Shown piece by piece: positions 11,834-25,000 of a DNA stretch of 64,000 nt (the first letter of the stretch is position 1; each line of letters starts with the position of its first letter). The stretch is from Octopus vulgaris (taxonomy: Eukaryota), in NCBI GenBank assembly GCA_951406725.2, contig OX597837.1:21390001-21454000 (forward strand), written 5' to 3'. The notes below the pieces were generated by a model that worked only from the letters and a program-made list of their open reading frames with translations, was not told the origin of the DNA and did not search any database. Made by a program: the position numbers and the translations under genes.

Positions 11834-13599
11834 GAGTACTTGCCAGTTAACTATTTATGTCAGGAGAGCTACGCAACATTAGTACTACATTAACCGACTT
11901 TAAAAAACAAAAACAAACAAAACCTTCATTCAGTAAACGATTTAAATATATATTGATTATAGTGTAATATGAAATGCCTTTATTATTAAGTAAAAGAGAT
12001 TATTCTATTTTTATTTTTCAAACGAATGGGAATTCCCTCATTGTGTTTTAATAGGTCTTGTGTGTTTTGTTCTTGATGCGAGAAACTGAAAGACAGTTTA
12101 AATCGACCACCGCTAGATTTGCACTCATAAATAATGATGTAAACAGATTAATTCTTCTTTTCTTTTTAATTTTTTTTTTAATAACTAACTAGTTATTTAA
12201 CCCCAGGTCAGCCCTCATAGGGCAAACTTAGGATGTAAAAGTTTTCTATCCTGTCTGCATCACCAAATGTTTTTGTCATTTTCAAGATGCTAATGGTAGG
12301 ATTTAAAGAGGGCTTGCTGCTATTTCTAACAGTTCAAGTGACCACGTTCAGGCTGTATTAGTTTACTCTTTAGCAAGGATAAGCAATTTCTTTGTTGTAA
12401 TGACCCATTTTTGATTATTTTTTTTTTTACATTTGCTCATAGCCCGCATCTTTTATCTTTTACTTGTTTCAGTCATTGGACTGTGACCATACTGGAGCAC
12501 CGCCTTGAAGAGTTTAATCAACTCAACTCTACTTATTTTTTAAGCGGTGACTTATTTCTATAGGTTCGTTTTGCCGAGCTGCTAAGTTATTAGGATGTAA
12601 GCAAATCAACACTGGTTATTATGTGATGGTGGTGGCGAACAAATACAAAGGCACCCATTCATACATAGACACACACACACACACACACACATGTTTATAT
12701 AAAATGTTTAATTAGTCAGCCTAACAGTTGTTAGTCATGGAAATATATTTACTGTCATAGTTGCTTTTACATCTGATTCCCATGCTGGCATGGAACGGAT
12801 GGGTCAGCTCATATTCAGTGATACTTTTCACCCAGTACCTGGGAAAATTAGAGGGTCACATTTTGCCTACATTTCAGTCTACTTAATAGACCCAATTAGC
12901 TTAGCTGGGATTAACTAGGGACAGATGTGTGTGAGTATGTGTGTATAACACCCTACAACACTTTTATGGGTACATGTTGAGCATTTTGATGTTTTATACA
13001 AAAACACCATCCAATTGCACTTATAATTTGTGTGCATCATCAAAATCATTGTTGTTCTTGTGTATCTTCTGTGCTGGCATGTGTTGGATAAGACTCGTTG
13101 AGGAAGTATCCTACAGTTGGATGTCCTTCCTAATACATTGCGTGTGTATGTGTAATTTTCTTGAAAATCATGTGTCACCATCATGCAAGTGGTGTCTTTC
13201 ATTTCCTGTATTCTGTGGTGGGGAAATATCTTACTAGGAAACAGGTGAGGGTTGTCAACAAGAAGGGCATTCAGCCACAGAGAATCTACCTCAACAAATT
13301 CCATGTGTCCCATGTAAGGCATGGAAAAAGTGGACATTAAAAAACAGTGGTGATGATGGTGATTTTATTAAGAAGGCAGCGAGGTGGCAGAATTGTAAGC
13401 ACACCAGGTGACACACTTAGCAGTATTACTGCTGCGTTCTGAGTTAAAATTCTGCCGGGGTAAACTTTGCATTCCACTTTTTGGGGTTAATAAATTAAGT
13501 ACCAAGGAAACACTGGGTCGATGCAATCGACTAGTCCCTTCCCCCAAAATTTCAAGGCCTTGTGCATTGAATAGAAAGGATGTTTATTATTATTATTAT

Positions 13600-14375
13600 T
13601 ATTATTGAGTGAGGGAGTAGCACATACCATCAAAGTGACACTGGGGTGCAAATATATGAAGCCTGATATACCTGTCATGACTACCCATCTGAAAAAAGTA
13701 CACTAGGTACATGCATCACAACTGCCTGTGCATGACATGGTAATCTCATATCAAGGTAAACAACACATAACCATCCAGATGGCGTCCAGTTGGGACTTTC
13801 TTGAGGTCGAGTAGCCCATCTCTGTTCCAAAGGTCTCTCTGAATAAAGTTTAAGGATGATGAATGAAACACCCATGTTTACTCAAACCCCAAAGAATTCC
13901 TCTCAGCACATGGCTGTGATGCTCTCCCACTGTCTGTCAAGTCACAAGAACCTCAGACAGACAGTACTTTATGCAGTATGGATGCATATTATTATTATTG
14001 AGAGAGCAGTGCATGCCTTCAAAGTGAGCCTGAGGTACAAATATACAAAGCCCAATATACCCATCATGAATACCCATCTGATAAGGGTACATCAGGCACA
14101 TGCATCACAACTATATGTGCGTGACATGGTGATCTCATATCAAGATAAACAACCATGTTTCTAGAGACGAATTATTCAAAACCCAAAGAATTCCTCTCAA
14201 TACATGGCTATGATGCTTCTCCACTACTCCTGCTCAGACATCACACAGTATCCAATATTGTGATGGTGAAGATAGAAGATACTGTGGTATGTACCAAGGA
14301 TTTTGTACTGACTGTCAAGTCATAAAGACCTCAAACAAACAGTACTTTAATGCATTGTGCATGCATATTATTATT
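13600..14375. repeat. Locally duplicated dispersed-repeat fragments (~13600-13770 vs ~13995-14155; ~13934-13999 vs ~14312-14375)
   Basis: Shared caaagtga...tacccatctga...catgcatcacaac...tctcatatcaag and ctgtcaagtca...cagtacttta...tgcatattatt blocks. Confidence 0.7.
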
Positions 14376-15199
14376 ATTATTATTATTTAAGTTAGCAAGC
14401 TGGCAGAATCATTAGCACACTGGGCGAAATGCTTAGCAGTATTTTGCTTGTCTTCACATATGAGTTCAAATTCCACCAAGGTCATCTTCGCCTTTCATCC
14501 TTTTGGGTTCAATAAATAAGTACCAGTTGTGTACTGGGGTTGATGTAATCAACTTAATCTCTTTCCCCTAATTTGAAACCTTGTGCTTCCAGTAGAAAGG
14601 ATTATTATTATTATTATTATTATTATTATCATTATTAAGGTGGTGAGCTGGTAGAATCTTTAGCATACTGGAGGAAATGTTTAGTGGTATTTTGGCCATC
14701 ATTACATTCTGAGTTCAAATTCTGCTGAGGTCGACTTTGCTTTTCATCCTTTTGGAATTGATAAAATAAGTACCAGACGAGTCAATGTAATCAATTAGTC
14801 CCCCCTCCCCCAAATTTCAGGCCTTGTGCCTATATTAGAAAGGATTATTATTATTATTATTATTTCTCCTAATTTGAGATTAAAACTTGTGTTGCAGATG
14901 CTATTTGCAGTGAATTCATCATTACAGTGTAACACGTGCTGGTTGTCAGATAGGCAGCTTTAGGCTAGATTAAGTGCCATGCTTGGTGGAGATAATATAA
15001 TACCAACACCTGTGACATAAAGTATTGAAAATATTATCATAGGCCAGCATGAAGTCACTTTTTTTTTTTTTTAATAAGGGACAGCCGGCATTAATTTCAA
15101 CTTGTTTAAATGTCTAGGTGATTCTAAGTTTTAATTTGCACTTTTTTCTTTCTGTTGCATATCCTTGCTCTGGTGGCATGGAAAGAAATCAATGTTACA

Positions 15200-15572
15200 T
15201 CTCTCTCTATATAAACGGCAGTTTGTCTGTGCGTGTTTCTGTGTGTCTGTTTGCTTGTACCCTCACCCTGACCACGGCTTTCAACCAATTCTGATGAAAC
15301 TTGACACACACATAGCCCAATGTCATAATTCAAAACTAACGCAGCGAAAATTTTGAAAAGTTCCCCCAGTTCTGAAAAAAATCAATAAATTCGACATGGG
15401 GTCGAGAATCAGAAACATGAACCACAAACTGTCTAGGGGACGCAACTCCACCTTTTTTAAATCTCAAAAAAAAATTTACCATCATTTTTTCCATTTTTTG
15501 GCTATAAATCTCTAAAAATGCTTTATAGTTATTTCCCTTACAAACCTGAGCAACGCCGGGCGATACTGCTAG
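15200..15572 (+). mobile_element. Non-autonomous Helitron
   Basis: A|TC 5' end, subterminal GC hairpin cctgagcaacgccggg, 3' CTAG|T end and no TSD. Confidence 0.75.
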
Positions 15573-16833
15573 TATTGAATAAAGCTGTTATAAATAAATA
15601 TAAGGCTAGATGTTTTAGTAAGGCTTACAATGTTTTTGATTTCATATTGTTTTTAACTTTCCCCACAATTCTTAAAACCAGAGATCACCAACATAAGCAT
15701 CTATTATCCCACATTTACACCCATGGCATTTCAATTTACAATTCATAAGTCTTAAGTTTTGGAGAATTTTTCAATTTTTATTTGTCCGGAGAATACACAG
15801 AAGACTGTGCACTTGGAGTATTTCAGCAAACTATAAACTTGGATTATTTTGTCTTTTGGAAATGAAGGATATTTATGATGCTATACTGAAGAAGATCAAT
15901 CATTCTTTTCAAAATACATAAGGAATAAAATTATACTTAAAAATATCTGAATTTCAAAAGACAATCCAGGCCAGCATCCAAAACAAAAGTTAAATTATGG
16001 TATCATTATTAAGGCAGTGAATTGGCAGAATCTTTAGCAAGCTAGGCAAAATGCTTAGCATCACTTCATCCATCCTTTGTTCTGAGGTCGACTTTTCCTT
16101 TCATCCTTTCGGAGTCAATAAATTAAGTACCAGTGAAGTCAATGAAATTGACTAGTCCCCTCCCCCTCAAAATTTCATGCCTTGTGCCTTTAGTAGAAAG
16201 AATTATTATTATGCCAGGCAAAATGCTTAACGGTATTATTATATTGATGATGATGAAAGAGAGAAAGAAAGAAAGTTTAACCCTTTTGATACCAACCTGG
16301 CTGAAACCGGCTCTGGCTCTGTAGTACAAATGTCTTGTTTTCATAAGTTTTGAATTAAAATCTTCCTCCAAACCTTAGTCACAATTTATGTTCCTAACAC
16401 TAGCTTAATGATAACTAGGTTATTTTACTAAATTCTTTGTTATATTGAAAGTAATTGAAAGAAACACAGAACAACTCAAAATAAATACAGTAACGAAAGG
16501 GTTAATGTACATCAGAATAAACAAAGATTGCAGCCAAGTTTTCAAGTTTGGTCTTTGCATTACTGATGATATCTCATACAGTCTCTAATGCTGGCAATGG
16601 GCCGGTAAGTCATTCTGCACTGGCCATAAGTCAGTACCTCCCCACCTCCAAGCAGCAGATCAACCATCTGGACGATGTTGGGATCTACAAATACCAGAGT
16701 GAGTCTACTGGTCACTCCATGTACACTGCTACACAAGATGCACAGAAGATCATGCTAGATATGATGGCATTGGTAGACAAGGGTGCCTCCATAACCCAAG
16801 CTCATGGCTGAGTAGGCCTGCCTTTCAGAAGTA

Positions 16834-17571
16834 CAGGCATACCTTGGCTTAAGTCATTTTCAATTATACATCGGCTTTCAAAAATAATACATGGAAAAAT
16901 AAAAATCTAGTTAAGTTATTTTACTCAAGTTTACGTTTGTCCGCCAAAAATATTGGAATCGTAAAATCACTAGAAAACTGTTAAAAGCACATAAAATCAT
17001 GTTACTGTATAATAAATAAGAATAAAAGCATATAAAATCATATTAAAATACATAGTGTAAATGTTAAGATACACACCATAAAGTAGAATAGCTTAGTTAA
17101 TGAAATCATGAAATCAGCTGTGTTGTCTTATTTATCAGTTTTTCGGAGGTCATATTGCACTGTAGTTCCAATATCTACTGTTAGGCTTCGTTATCACTCG
17201 TGATACCCGCGATTGTTTTGAATTCAGATTTGTTCTAATTCATTTGTGACTTTATTTTTTGTCCCCATGGCTCCGAAGAAAATTCATAGTGAAAGTACTA
17301 AGTGTCCTGCCATAACGCTAGAAGATAAACTGGCCATGAAAAAGGTGGAAAAATAGTAGCAATTGCACAATCTTTTGGGATGAGTTGGACAACTGTATCA
17401 ACGATTGTACAGAAAAAGGAAGTACAGAACTGGGAATGGTATTATTATTGGTTTAGCCTAGAGACAAGTAAATTCGGCCTGGCCTAGCCACAAGTTAATT
17501 TGACTTAGTTGTTTTTCAACTTAGGTCGTGTTTCCTAGAACCAATTAACAATGTAGGGTGAGGTATGCCTG
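16834..17571 (+). mobile_element. Tigger/pogo-like non-autonomous DNA transposon
   Basis: TA|CAGGCATACCT...AGGTATGCCTG|TA termini. From 17267 a frameshifted CENP-B/psq-type HTH N-terminus (MAPKK...AITLEDKL/HEKGGKIVAIAQSFGMSWTTVSTIVQKKE). Confidence 0.8.
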
Positions 17572-19112
17572 TACCTGTGTATGAGTTTGTCTCTCCTTGT
17601 CACATGTTGGCTGTGAAAATGCTGTCTTTTAGTTGTTGGTTCCATATCAGGTATGCTTTCCAGAAATATTGATCAAAATATTTCTAGTCATGGCTGTCTT
17701 ATCTTCTAGGACTATGCATATATAGAATGTACATGTACTTGTTCTATCAGTTGTTTTTGCCAAAACCATTAAGCTACAGGGATGGAAACTCACCAACACC
17801 AGTTGTCAAGCATTGGTGAGGGACTGACACACATGCATACACATACATACACACAATAGGCTTCTTTCAGTTTCCACCTACCAAAGACACTTGCCCCGTG
17901 TTCCACACAATGAGACTGAACCCAAAACCATATGGTTAGGAAGCAAATTTCTTACCACATGGAAGCTAGCTTGTTGGTGTGTTACTGGATTAGAAGACTT
18001 GGCAAGAGTGCAGGGCAAAATAGTTTGTTATTTATTTACATCCCTTCAGGTTTTGACTTCAAATCTTATTGTCAAATTACTGGAGTTCATTACATCAGCT
18101 ATGTTGTTCTTTCAGAATATTGTGACCTTGTTTGCCTCTGTAACAAATAGACTCTAAAAAAAAAAAAAGAAAAAAAGTTCTCATCTCCAACAGTCGCCAA
18201 CAACAGTTTATCACTTATTGTGGAATGGTGCCATATTTTGTAATTTGTGCTATTATGATGGAATATGTATATGTGGTAGAGAGGGAGAAAATACATTAGT
18301 GCAAGATGGAATTCTTGGAGGGCTGATTCAAATGACCCAGTTTCCAATTCCAGTTTAGCACCCTTTTCCATTTTTCTCAATGACATATTTGACCCAGATT
18401 ACGCTGTTTTTTGCCAAAGGTGATTGGTTAGAAGATGCTGGATGGAAAACTGTCCTTCGTTCCCAGTAAATATATACTTGTTGCTCAGTTTGAGTAGTGA
18501 TTCTTAATCACAATGTTTCCAAACCTATTTTCCTCCCAGGCCCTACTATAACTTTCCAGAAAAATGTACTGTCTGCCCCACTGCTGGTTGGTAAAAAAAA
18601 AAAAAAAAATTATTTTTGGTATTTTATAACATTTAAATAACACTGTACTCTAGCAGTCTTCATACAGTCTGTTTGGCTGGAGGGTTTGGTCTAACCAGGT
18701 TGAGAATTGGTGGAGTATATTCTGCTGTGGTAAAAAGATTTTCACAATTCCATGTCTCACTAAAGAAAAACAAACAAACAAAAAAATGTGCCACCTCAAT
18801 TTTTCTTGGCCCCACTGGTGGGGCATATGCCATATGTTGGGAATTACTACTTGGGCATTCAAAGCAGTTCCAGCCTCTCATGCCTACCCTACAATGTTAT
18901 TTTAAAAGTAAGCAACCACAATTAGAATGAATAAGCATTACATTGGACAAAATAATCTGAATGCTGAAGGGTTAACCTGAGCCTACAACACCCAGCCATG
19001 CCACTATTCTTTGTGGTAGTGATGGGTGTTGCGGCCTCAAAAAGCGCAGTCTTGAGTGTTGGAAGGGAGTGGGAAGTGTGCATAATTTTTCTTAGAAATA
19101 AAGTATTTAAAG

Positions 19113-19374
19113 CAGGGGTTCTCAACCATTTTTTATCTCTGGACCTCAACAGCCATTCAGCCATTCGATGTTTAAAAACTAATTTTATAGATACTTCTTT
19201 GAAAATTCCTACTTTTTACATAGTGACTTCTGTAGGTTGAACAGAGAAAGAAACATAGCTGTTTCTTGCAAAATTTTTTCAGGGGCCCTTAAAATACTAT
19301 TGTAGATCTCGAATTTATTATTTTGTTGCTTGGACCACCAAAAATCTTAGATGGACCCCAACTGAGAACCAGTG
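19113..19374. mobile_element. hAT (Charlie-like) MITE
   Basis: TIRs CAGGGGTTCTCA / TGAGAACCAGTG with a perfect 8-bp TSD ATTTAAAG on both sides. Confidence 0.85.
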
Positions 19375-20293
19375 ATTTAAAGCACAAACCCTCCACTTTC
19401 ATTAGTCCTTTTGTTACCATGTCTCTGCTAAAATATATTACCTTTGTTTCAATTGATTTGGGAAATAATAATGAATTTAATAAAATAACTTTAACTTCGT
19501 TAAGAGTTCTTCAAGGCAGTGCCCCAGCATGGCCACAATCTAATGACTGAAACAAGTAAAAGAATAAAAGAATAGGGGCACTAATTGACACAAATATCTA
19601 AAAGGAGACTCATGTTAGATTGGCTACAATAACATATGGATAATAAATCACTGCATGAAATTTAATTTCTGTTTGATTAAAATTATCTCCTGGCAGGGAA
19701 AGTGTCTCAATATTCCACCCCACTTTATATGTGAAGCAGGTGTTTCTAAATTACCATAAGTGAAATGGAGGCACTGAACTACAAAAACAGTTGGGGAACA
19801 CTGATTTGTAAGGCTCTGAGAAGTTTGGGCTCATGTAGTGTTATTGTTAAGAAACGTGGAAATGTGCTGTTTGTTACTAAACTCCTGCAACTCATACAGC
19901 TTGTGTGTATGTGTGTGAGACTGATGTTAAATAGGAGTGTTATTGTTTAGCCCCAATATTGATTGAGCAGACCTATGATCAAAGGTGTTCCAGTCTGTCC
20001 TTTCTAACCAAGTAGTATATGATTTGAAGAAGATTTAGCTGTTGTTTCTAGCAGATTGAGCAGGCACTTAGAACCTACTTGTTGCTTTGTAAAGATGATT
20101 TTTGATACGATTGACATTGAAAGCTTGAAGCTTTGAGAGAATGCATGATAAATTCAAAAGAATGTGGATAAATAAGCATTTAGCAGATAATCTGAATGCT
20201 AAAGATTTTTGATATGATTGTATCCATGCATCCTTATTTATATGTCTAAACTAAATAATTAAAATATGTTTCCTTTCCATTGTAGGGCACATA

Positions 20294-20302
20294 ATGTTGT
20301 AG
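20294..20302 (+). promoter_or_regulatory. Minimal upstream ORF (ATG TTG TAG) in the REV3L 5' UTR
   Basis: ATG with A at -3 lies 41 nt upstream of the main ATG, inside the predicted exon and out of frame, and stops after 2 codons. Confidence 0.6.
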
Positions 20303-20334
20303 AAGCATCAGTTAGCAGTCCAGCTGCTGGAATC

Positions 20335-20458
20335 ATGTTTTCAGTGCGTATAGTCACTGCTGACTACTATGTCTCAAACCCTGTTGCTGGCCTGGATGCA
20401 AAACTTTCATCATCGGTTCAAGTTCCAGTTATCCGTATATTTGGATCCACACCAGCTG
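20335..20458 (+). CDS. REV3L: REV3L (DNA polymerase zeta catalytic subunit), first coding exon; the exon probably starts at 20286 with 49 nt of 5' UTR
   Basis: Translates MFSVRIVTADYYVSNPVAGLDAKLSSSVQVPVIRIFGSTPA(G), matching the metazoan REV3L N-terminus (MFSVRIVTADYY...VPVVRVFGATPAG). Acceptor tttcctttccattgtag ends at 20285, ATG at 20335 has A at -3, donor G|gtaagc at 20459 (phase 1). Confidence 0.95.
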
Positions 20459-21009
20459 GTAAGCAATGTTTGCCTTTTTTTCTTGAAAACTGTTGCTGAC
20501 AACTGAACTCTTTCATCATCATTCATTGTTTAACGTCTGCTTTCCATGCTAGCATGGGTTGGACGATTTGACTGAGGGCTGGCGAACCAGATGGCTGCAC
20601 CAGGCTCCAGTCTGATCTGGCAGTGTTTCTACAGCTGGATGCCCTTCCTAATGTCAACCACTCCGAGAGTGTAGTGGGTGCTTTTCCGTGCTACCAGCAC
20701 GAGGGCCAGTCAGGCAGTACTGGCAACGACCTCGTTCAAATGTTTTTTCACGTGCCACCAGCACAAGTGCCAGTAAGGCGACGCAGATACAAAAATATTT
20801 CTTCAAGTAAACTAACTTTTACTTGTCCTCCCACCTAAAACATTTTTCTTTCTTTCAACACCCTTGCATTCTAAATCCTAGATCAACCTTGATCTGTGTT
20901 TTAGCTGTTGCCATCCGTTTCCTTCTTTATTTCCTTCCAAATATAGTGTATCTAAGTTAACATTTAATCCAAAATGTTCATTTATGAAGACGAGTGTATT
21001 TTGAGGGAG

Positions 21010-21259
21010 CAGTGGTTCTCACTCAGGGTTCATATGGCCCTTGAGGGTCCTATAAGATTTTGTTGTTAAATTTGTGCCATAAACTGCTTTTACAATGCAC
21101 AGAATATTTTAACAAACTTTTTATACAGTTCCTAATAATATGTAATAATAAAAATATAATAGGATTTTTTAAAAACATTGAATGGGTGTGAGGGTCCAGT
21201 TGAACAAAATAGGAGTCAAAGGGGTCCACAAGCAAAAAGAAAACACTTGAGAACCACCG
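21010..21259. mobile_element. hAT-like MITE (a related end is at ~1-84)
   Basis: TIRs CAGTGGTTCTCA / TGAGAACCACCG. TSD not conserved. Confidence 0.65.
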
Positions 21260-21817
21260 GTTTAGAGATACTGTTGTTAGCACCCTCCAAGCTCATATTA
21301 ATTCCTAAGACTCCAGGCCCCTCATCATTATTTCATTTTCTTCTTCAGAATTTTTGTTATGGGGGACCCCAGAACAAAAACCTTGAAGTTCTTGTTGCTG
21401 CAAGTCCCTCTGCTTCATTAGAGATGAAGCATTAGGTTTTAAGTAATATTTAGTCTGAAGTAATGGATATTTTGATTTGTAAAGGGGCACTTTATGATGG
21501 GGTTTCTTTATTTCTATTGCTTCCAACATAAGAAATAACCAGGGTTAGATATGGGATCCTTGTTTTGTTTTCATTTTTATTCTCTTACTTGTTTCAGTCA
21601 TTAGACTGTGGCCATGCTGGGGCACTGTCTTGATGAGTTTTTAACTGAATGAATTGGCCCCAGTATTTAATTTTTAAAATGTGGTATTCTATCAGTAACT
21701 TTTGCTGAACTGCTAAGTTGCAGGGGCATAATTACACCAACACCAGTTGTCAAAGAGTGGTGAGGGGAAAACACACACACACACACACATACATATAATG
21801 GACTTTTTTCAGTTTCT

Positions 21818-22035
21818 TATTTCTTTATTGCCCACAAGGGGCTAAACATAGAGGGGACAAACAAGGACAGACAAAGGGATTAAATCGATTACAGTGTGTA
21901 ACTGGTACTTTATCGACCCCGAAAGGATGAAAGGCAAAGTCAACCTCAGCGGAATTTCAACTCAGAACGTAACGGCAGATGAAATACCGCTAAGCATTTC
22001 GCCCAGTGTTCTAATGTTTCTACCAGTTCGCTGCC
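21818..22035 (-). mobile_element. SINE family B nested in a minus-strand family A SINE (~21580-22175)
   Basis: Host sequence ttt(c/t)agtttct is duplicated on both sides. Confidence 0.8.
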
Positions 22036-25000
22036 TTCTTTTAGTTTCTGCCTGCCAGATCCACTCACAAGACTTTGGTCAGCCAGAGGCTATAGTAGAA
22101 GACACTTGCCCAAGATGCCACACAGTGGGATTTGAACCCGAAGCCATGTAGTTGGGAAGCAAGCCCCTTACCGTAGTGCTACTCTGGGAAAATGTATTTC
22201 TTACCCACAGGAAACTGTATTTCAGAATCATGTGACCTTCAGCATGTCTCTTATATTATAGCCCTGGGCCAAACAATGCCTTATGAGTGAATTTAGTGCA
22301 TGTAAACTGTGTGGAGGCCTGTTGCGTGCACCTGTATGTGTCTGTCGTTGCGTTTGTGTATGTCCCCTTCACTGTTTGACACCAGTATTGGTTTATTTAC
22401 ATTCCTATAACTTAACAATTTTAGCAAAAGAAACTGATAAAATAAGTACGAAACTTAGGAAACAAAAAATTATTGGGGGTCAGTTTCTTTGACTAAGTCC
22501 TTCAAGGTAGTGCTCCAGCATGGCACACTCCACTGATTGTAACAAGTAAAAGATAACAGATAAGTTATATTCTATGAAGAAACTGGTTTATGGAAGAATT
22601 GATATAAAATAAGGCTCACATCAACATATCCTGTCATATGATAACTTCAGCTAACCCTGTCATGTAATAAGCTTTAGTTAGTGCAAATTTTTTTACTAAC
22701 CTTTATTTTAGTTTCTTGTTAAATTATGCCACAGGTGCTATTAAATACCTTAGATTTGTCAGCTTAACCTTCAATGTTTATCTGACATTAAATGAATAAT
22801 TTTAAAAATAGGACAAGTATTTTGTCAACTGACTGGATTTTGTACAGAGGTCATTGACTTGTTTTCATTAAGAACCATACTTTGCATGTGCACGTGCGTG
22901 TGTGAGAGATTTGAATTAATATCAATCCTTGCCATTATTAATGGACTGTTTCATTCTTATTTTTTCTGAGTGGCAGAAAGCTGAAAGGTAAAACTGGCCT
23001 TGGCACAATTTGAAAATCAATGTATAAAATAGATGTAGTGAAAACATATCTTTTTAACTTTTACTTCCTTCAGTCATTAGACTGCAGTCATGCCATGGCA
23101 CTTCCTTGAAAGGTTTACTCAAACAAACTGACCCAAGGATTTTTTTTTTTTTGTTACTTGTTCCATTGGTCTCTTTTGCTAGACTGCTAAATTACAGGGA
23201 TGTTAACAAACCAACACTGGTTGTCAAGCAGTGCTGGTGATCAAACACAGGTACACTTGTAATGGGCTTCTTTCAGTTTCCATCTATCAAATCATCTCAC
23301 AAGGCACTGGTTGACCCAAGCATATAGTAGATACTTACTGAAGGGACCCATGCACTAAGACTGAACAGAAAACCATATGAAGCAAATTTGTTAACCACAC
23401 AGCTATGCTTGCATGTATATTGAGGTTTTTCAAATGGGAATTTAGTTTTTGCTATAAATCTCTATCACCATAGAAGTGTTGGATGACAAATATGCCAAAT
23501 TGTTATGTATCAGACAAAATGCCTGCAATATTTTCCTTACGGAAAGTCAGTGAGCTGGCAGAACTGTTAGCACACCGGGCAAAATGTTTAACAGCATTTC
23601 ATCCGTCTTTACGTTTTGAGTTCTAAACCTGGTGGAGCGATTAACTTTTCCTTTCATCTTTTTGAGGTCAGTAAAATAACTATCATTCAAGCACTGGGAT
23701 TGATGTAATCCACTTTCTCCCTTCCCTGAAACTTCTGGCCTTGTATCAAAATTTAAAGCGAATATTTGGTGATGAAGCTTTGCTTTCTGGGGTCAACTCT
23801 GTCTGTCATCTTTCTGGGAAGTTTGATGAAATAATGTACTGTCTAGAATTAGAGTTGATTTTAATATTCTTATAAATCATCTGGAATTATTATGGTAAAG
23901 ATTGTGATTTACTCTTTCATCCGTCCTTTAAGCATTCAGAATACTTTGTCAACTATTACACTTTTAGTGTAATGCTTATTTATTCAGATTGTGTTTTGAA
24001 TTTATCATTCATTATCTGGTAGCTTCAAGAATTTAACTGTGATTATATTATTAGAATGGCATTGTAGGGTACATGTGATAGGCAAGATCTGTCTAGTCTG
24101 AACATAAAGAATATTTGGGCCTGATATAGTTTGTTTAACTGCTAAAAGGTTAACTCTTGATATCAACCTGCCTAAGATCACCTCAGGTTCTTTGACAAAC
24201 TTTTCTGTTTTAAAGTGGTCTAAATTACAATCTTCCATCAAAATGTCATGTTAATTTGTTCCAGACCTCAGCTTAATAATGATAAAGGTATTTTACTAAA
24301 TTCTTCATTATTTTAAAAATTAATTGAAACAAAGGCAGCATGTGCTGACAGAACAAAAGAGTTGTCATTACATACTCATTTAACCCTTAATCATTCAGAT
24401 CACTCTGTCATATGTATTGCTTATTTATTCATGTTGTTTTCATTAATCATGTATTATCTTGTAGCTTCAAGGTTTTGATGATGTGATTGTATATTTTTAG
24501 AATAGGGTGGGTGTGAGAGACAGGATCTGGCTGATTTGAGCATAAAACAGGTAGACTATTAGGGGCTGGATATGGTGGGTTTAAATGCTAAAGAGTTAAT
24601 GGTTTCATTCTTCAGATGGCAGATATGCCAGTGCACTATTTGCAAGGGCTTCTGTCAGCTATATAGACCCACTACTAAGTTTGGTTTTTATTTTATAGGT
24701 CTGTATAATAGGTGCAAGCAATGCTTTTAAGATGTTGGTTAAGAAGCTCACTTTATAACCATGTGGTTTTAGTTTCAGTCCCATTCCATGGTACCTTGGA
24801 CAGGTACCTTGTATTATAGGCCCAGACTGACCTTTTCATTTTGAATGAATGTGGTTGATGGAAACTGTGTGGAAGCCTATTTTGTGTTTGTCGGCTCACT
24901 GATTGTGAATAGGTGTTGGTTTGTTTACATCCCCATAACTTAGTGGTTTGACAAAAGAGATCAATAGAATAAGTACCAGACTTCAAAAGATAAGTACTGG

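Noticed and set aside
16548-16811. 87-aa ORF in comparatively GC-rich unique sequence
   Set aside because: No recognisable domain or convincing splice sites, and a non-ATG start; probably a decayed repeat.
20266-20499. ORF-track boundaries for REV3L (20266-20499 and 46037-46372)
   Set aside because: The extensions run through splice sites into intron; homology is confined to the exons given.
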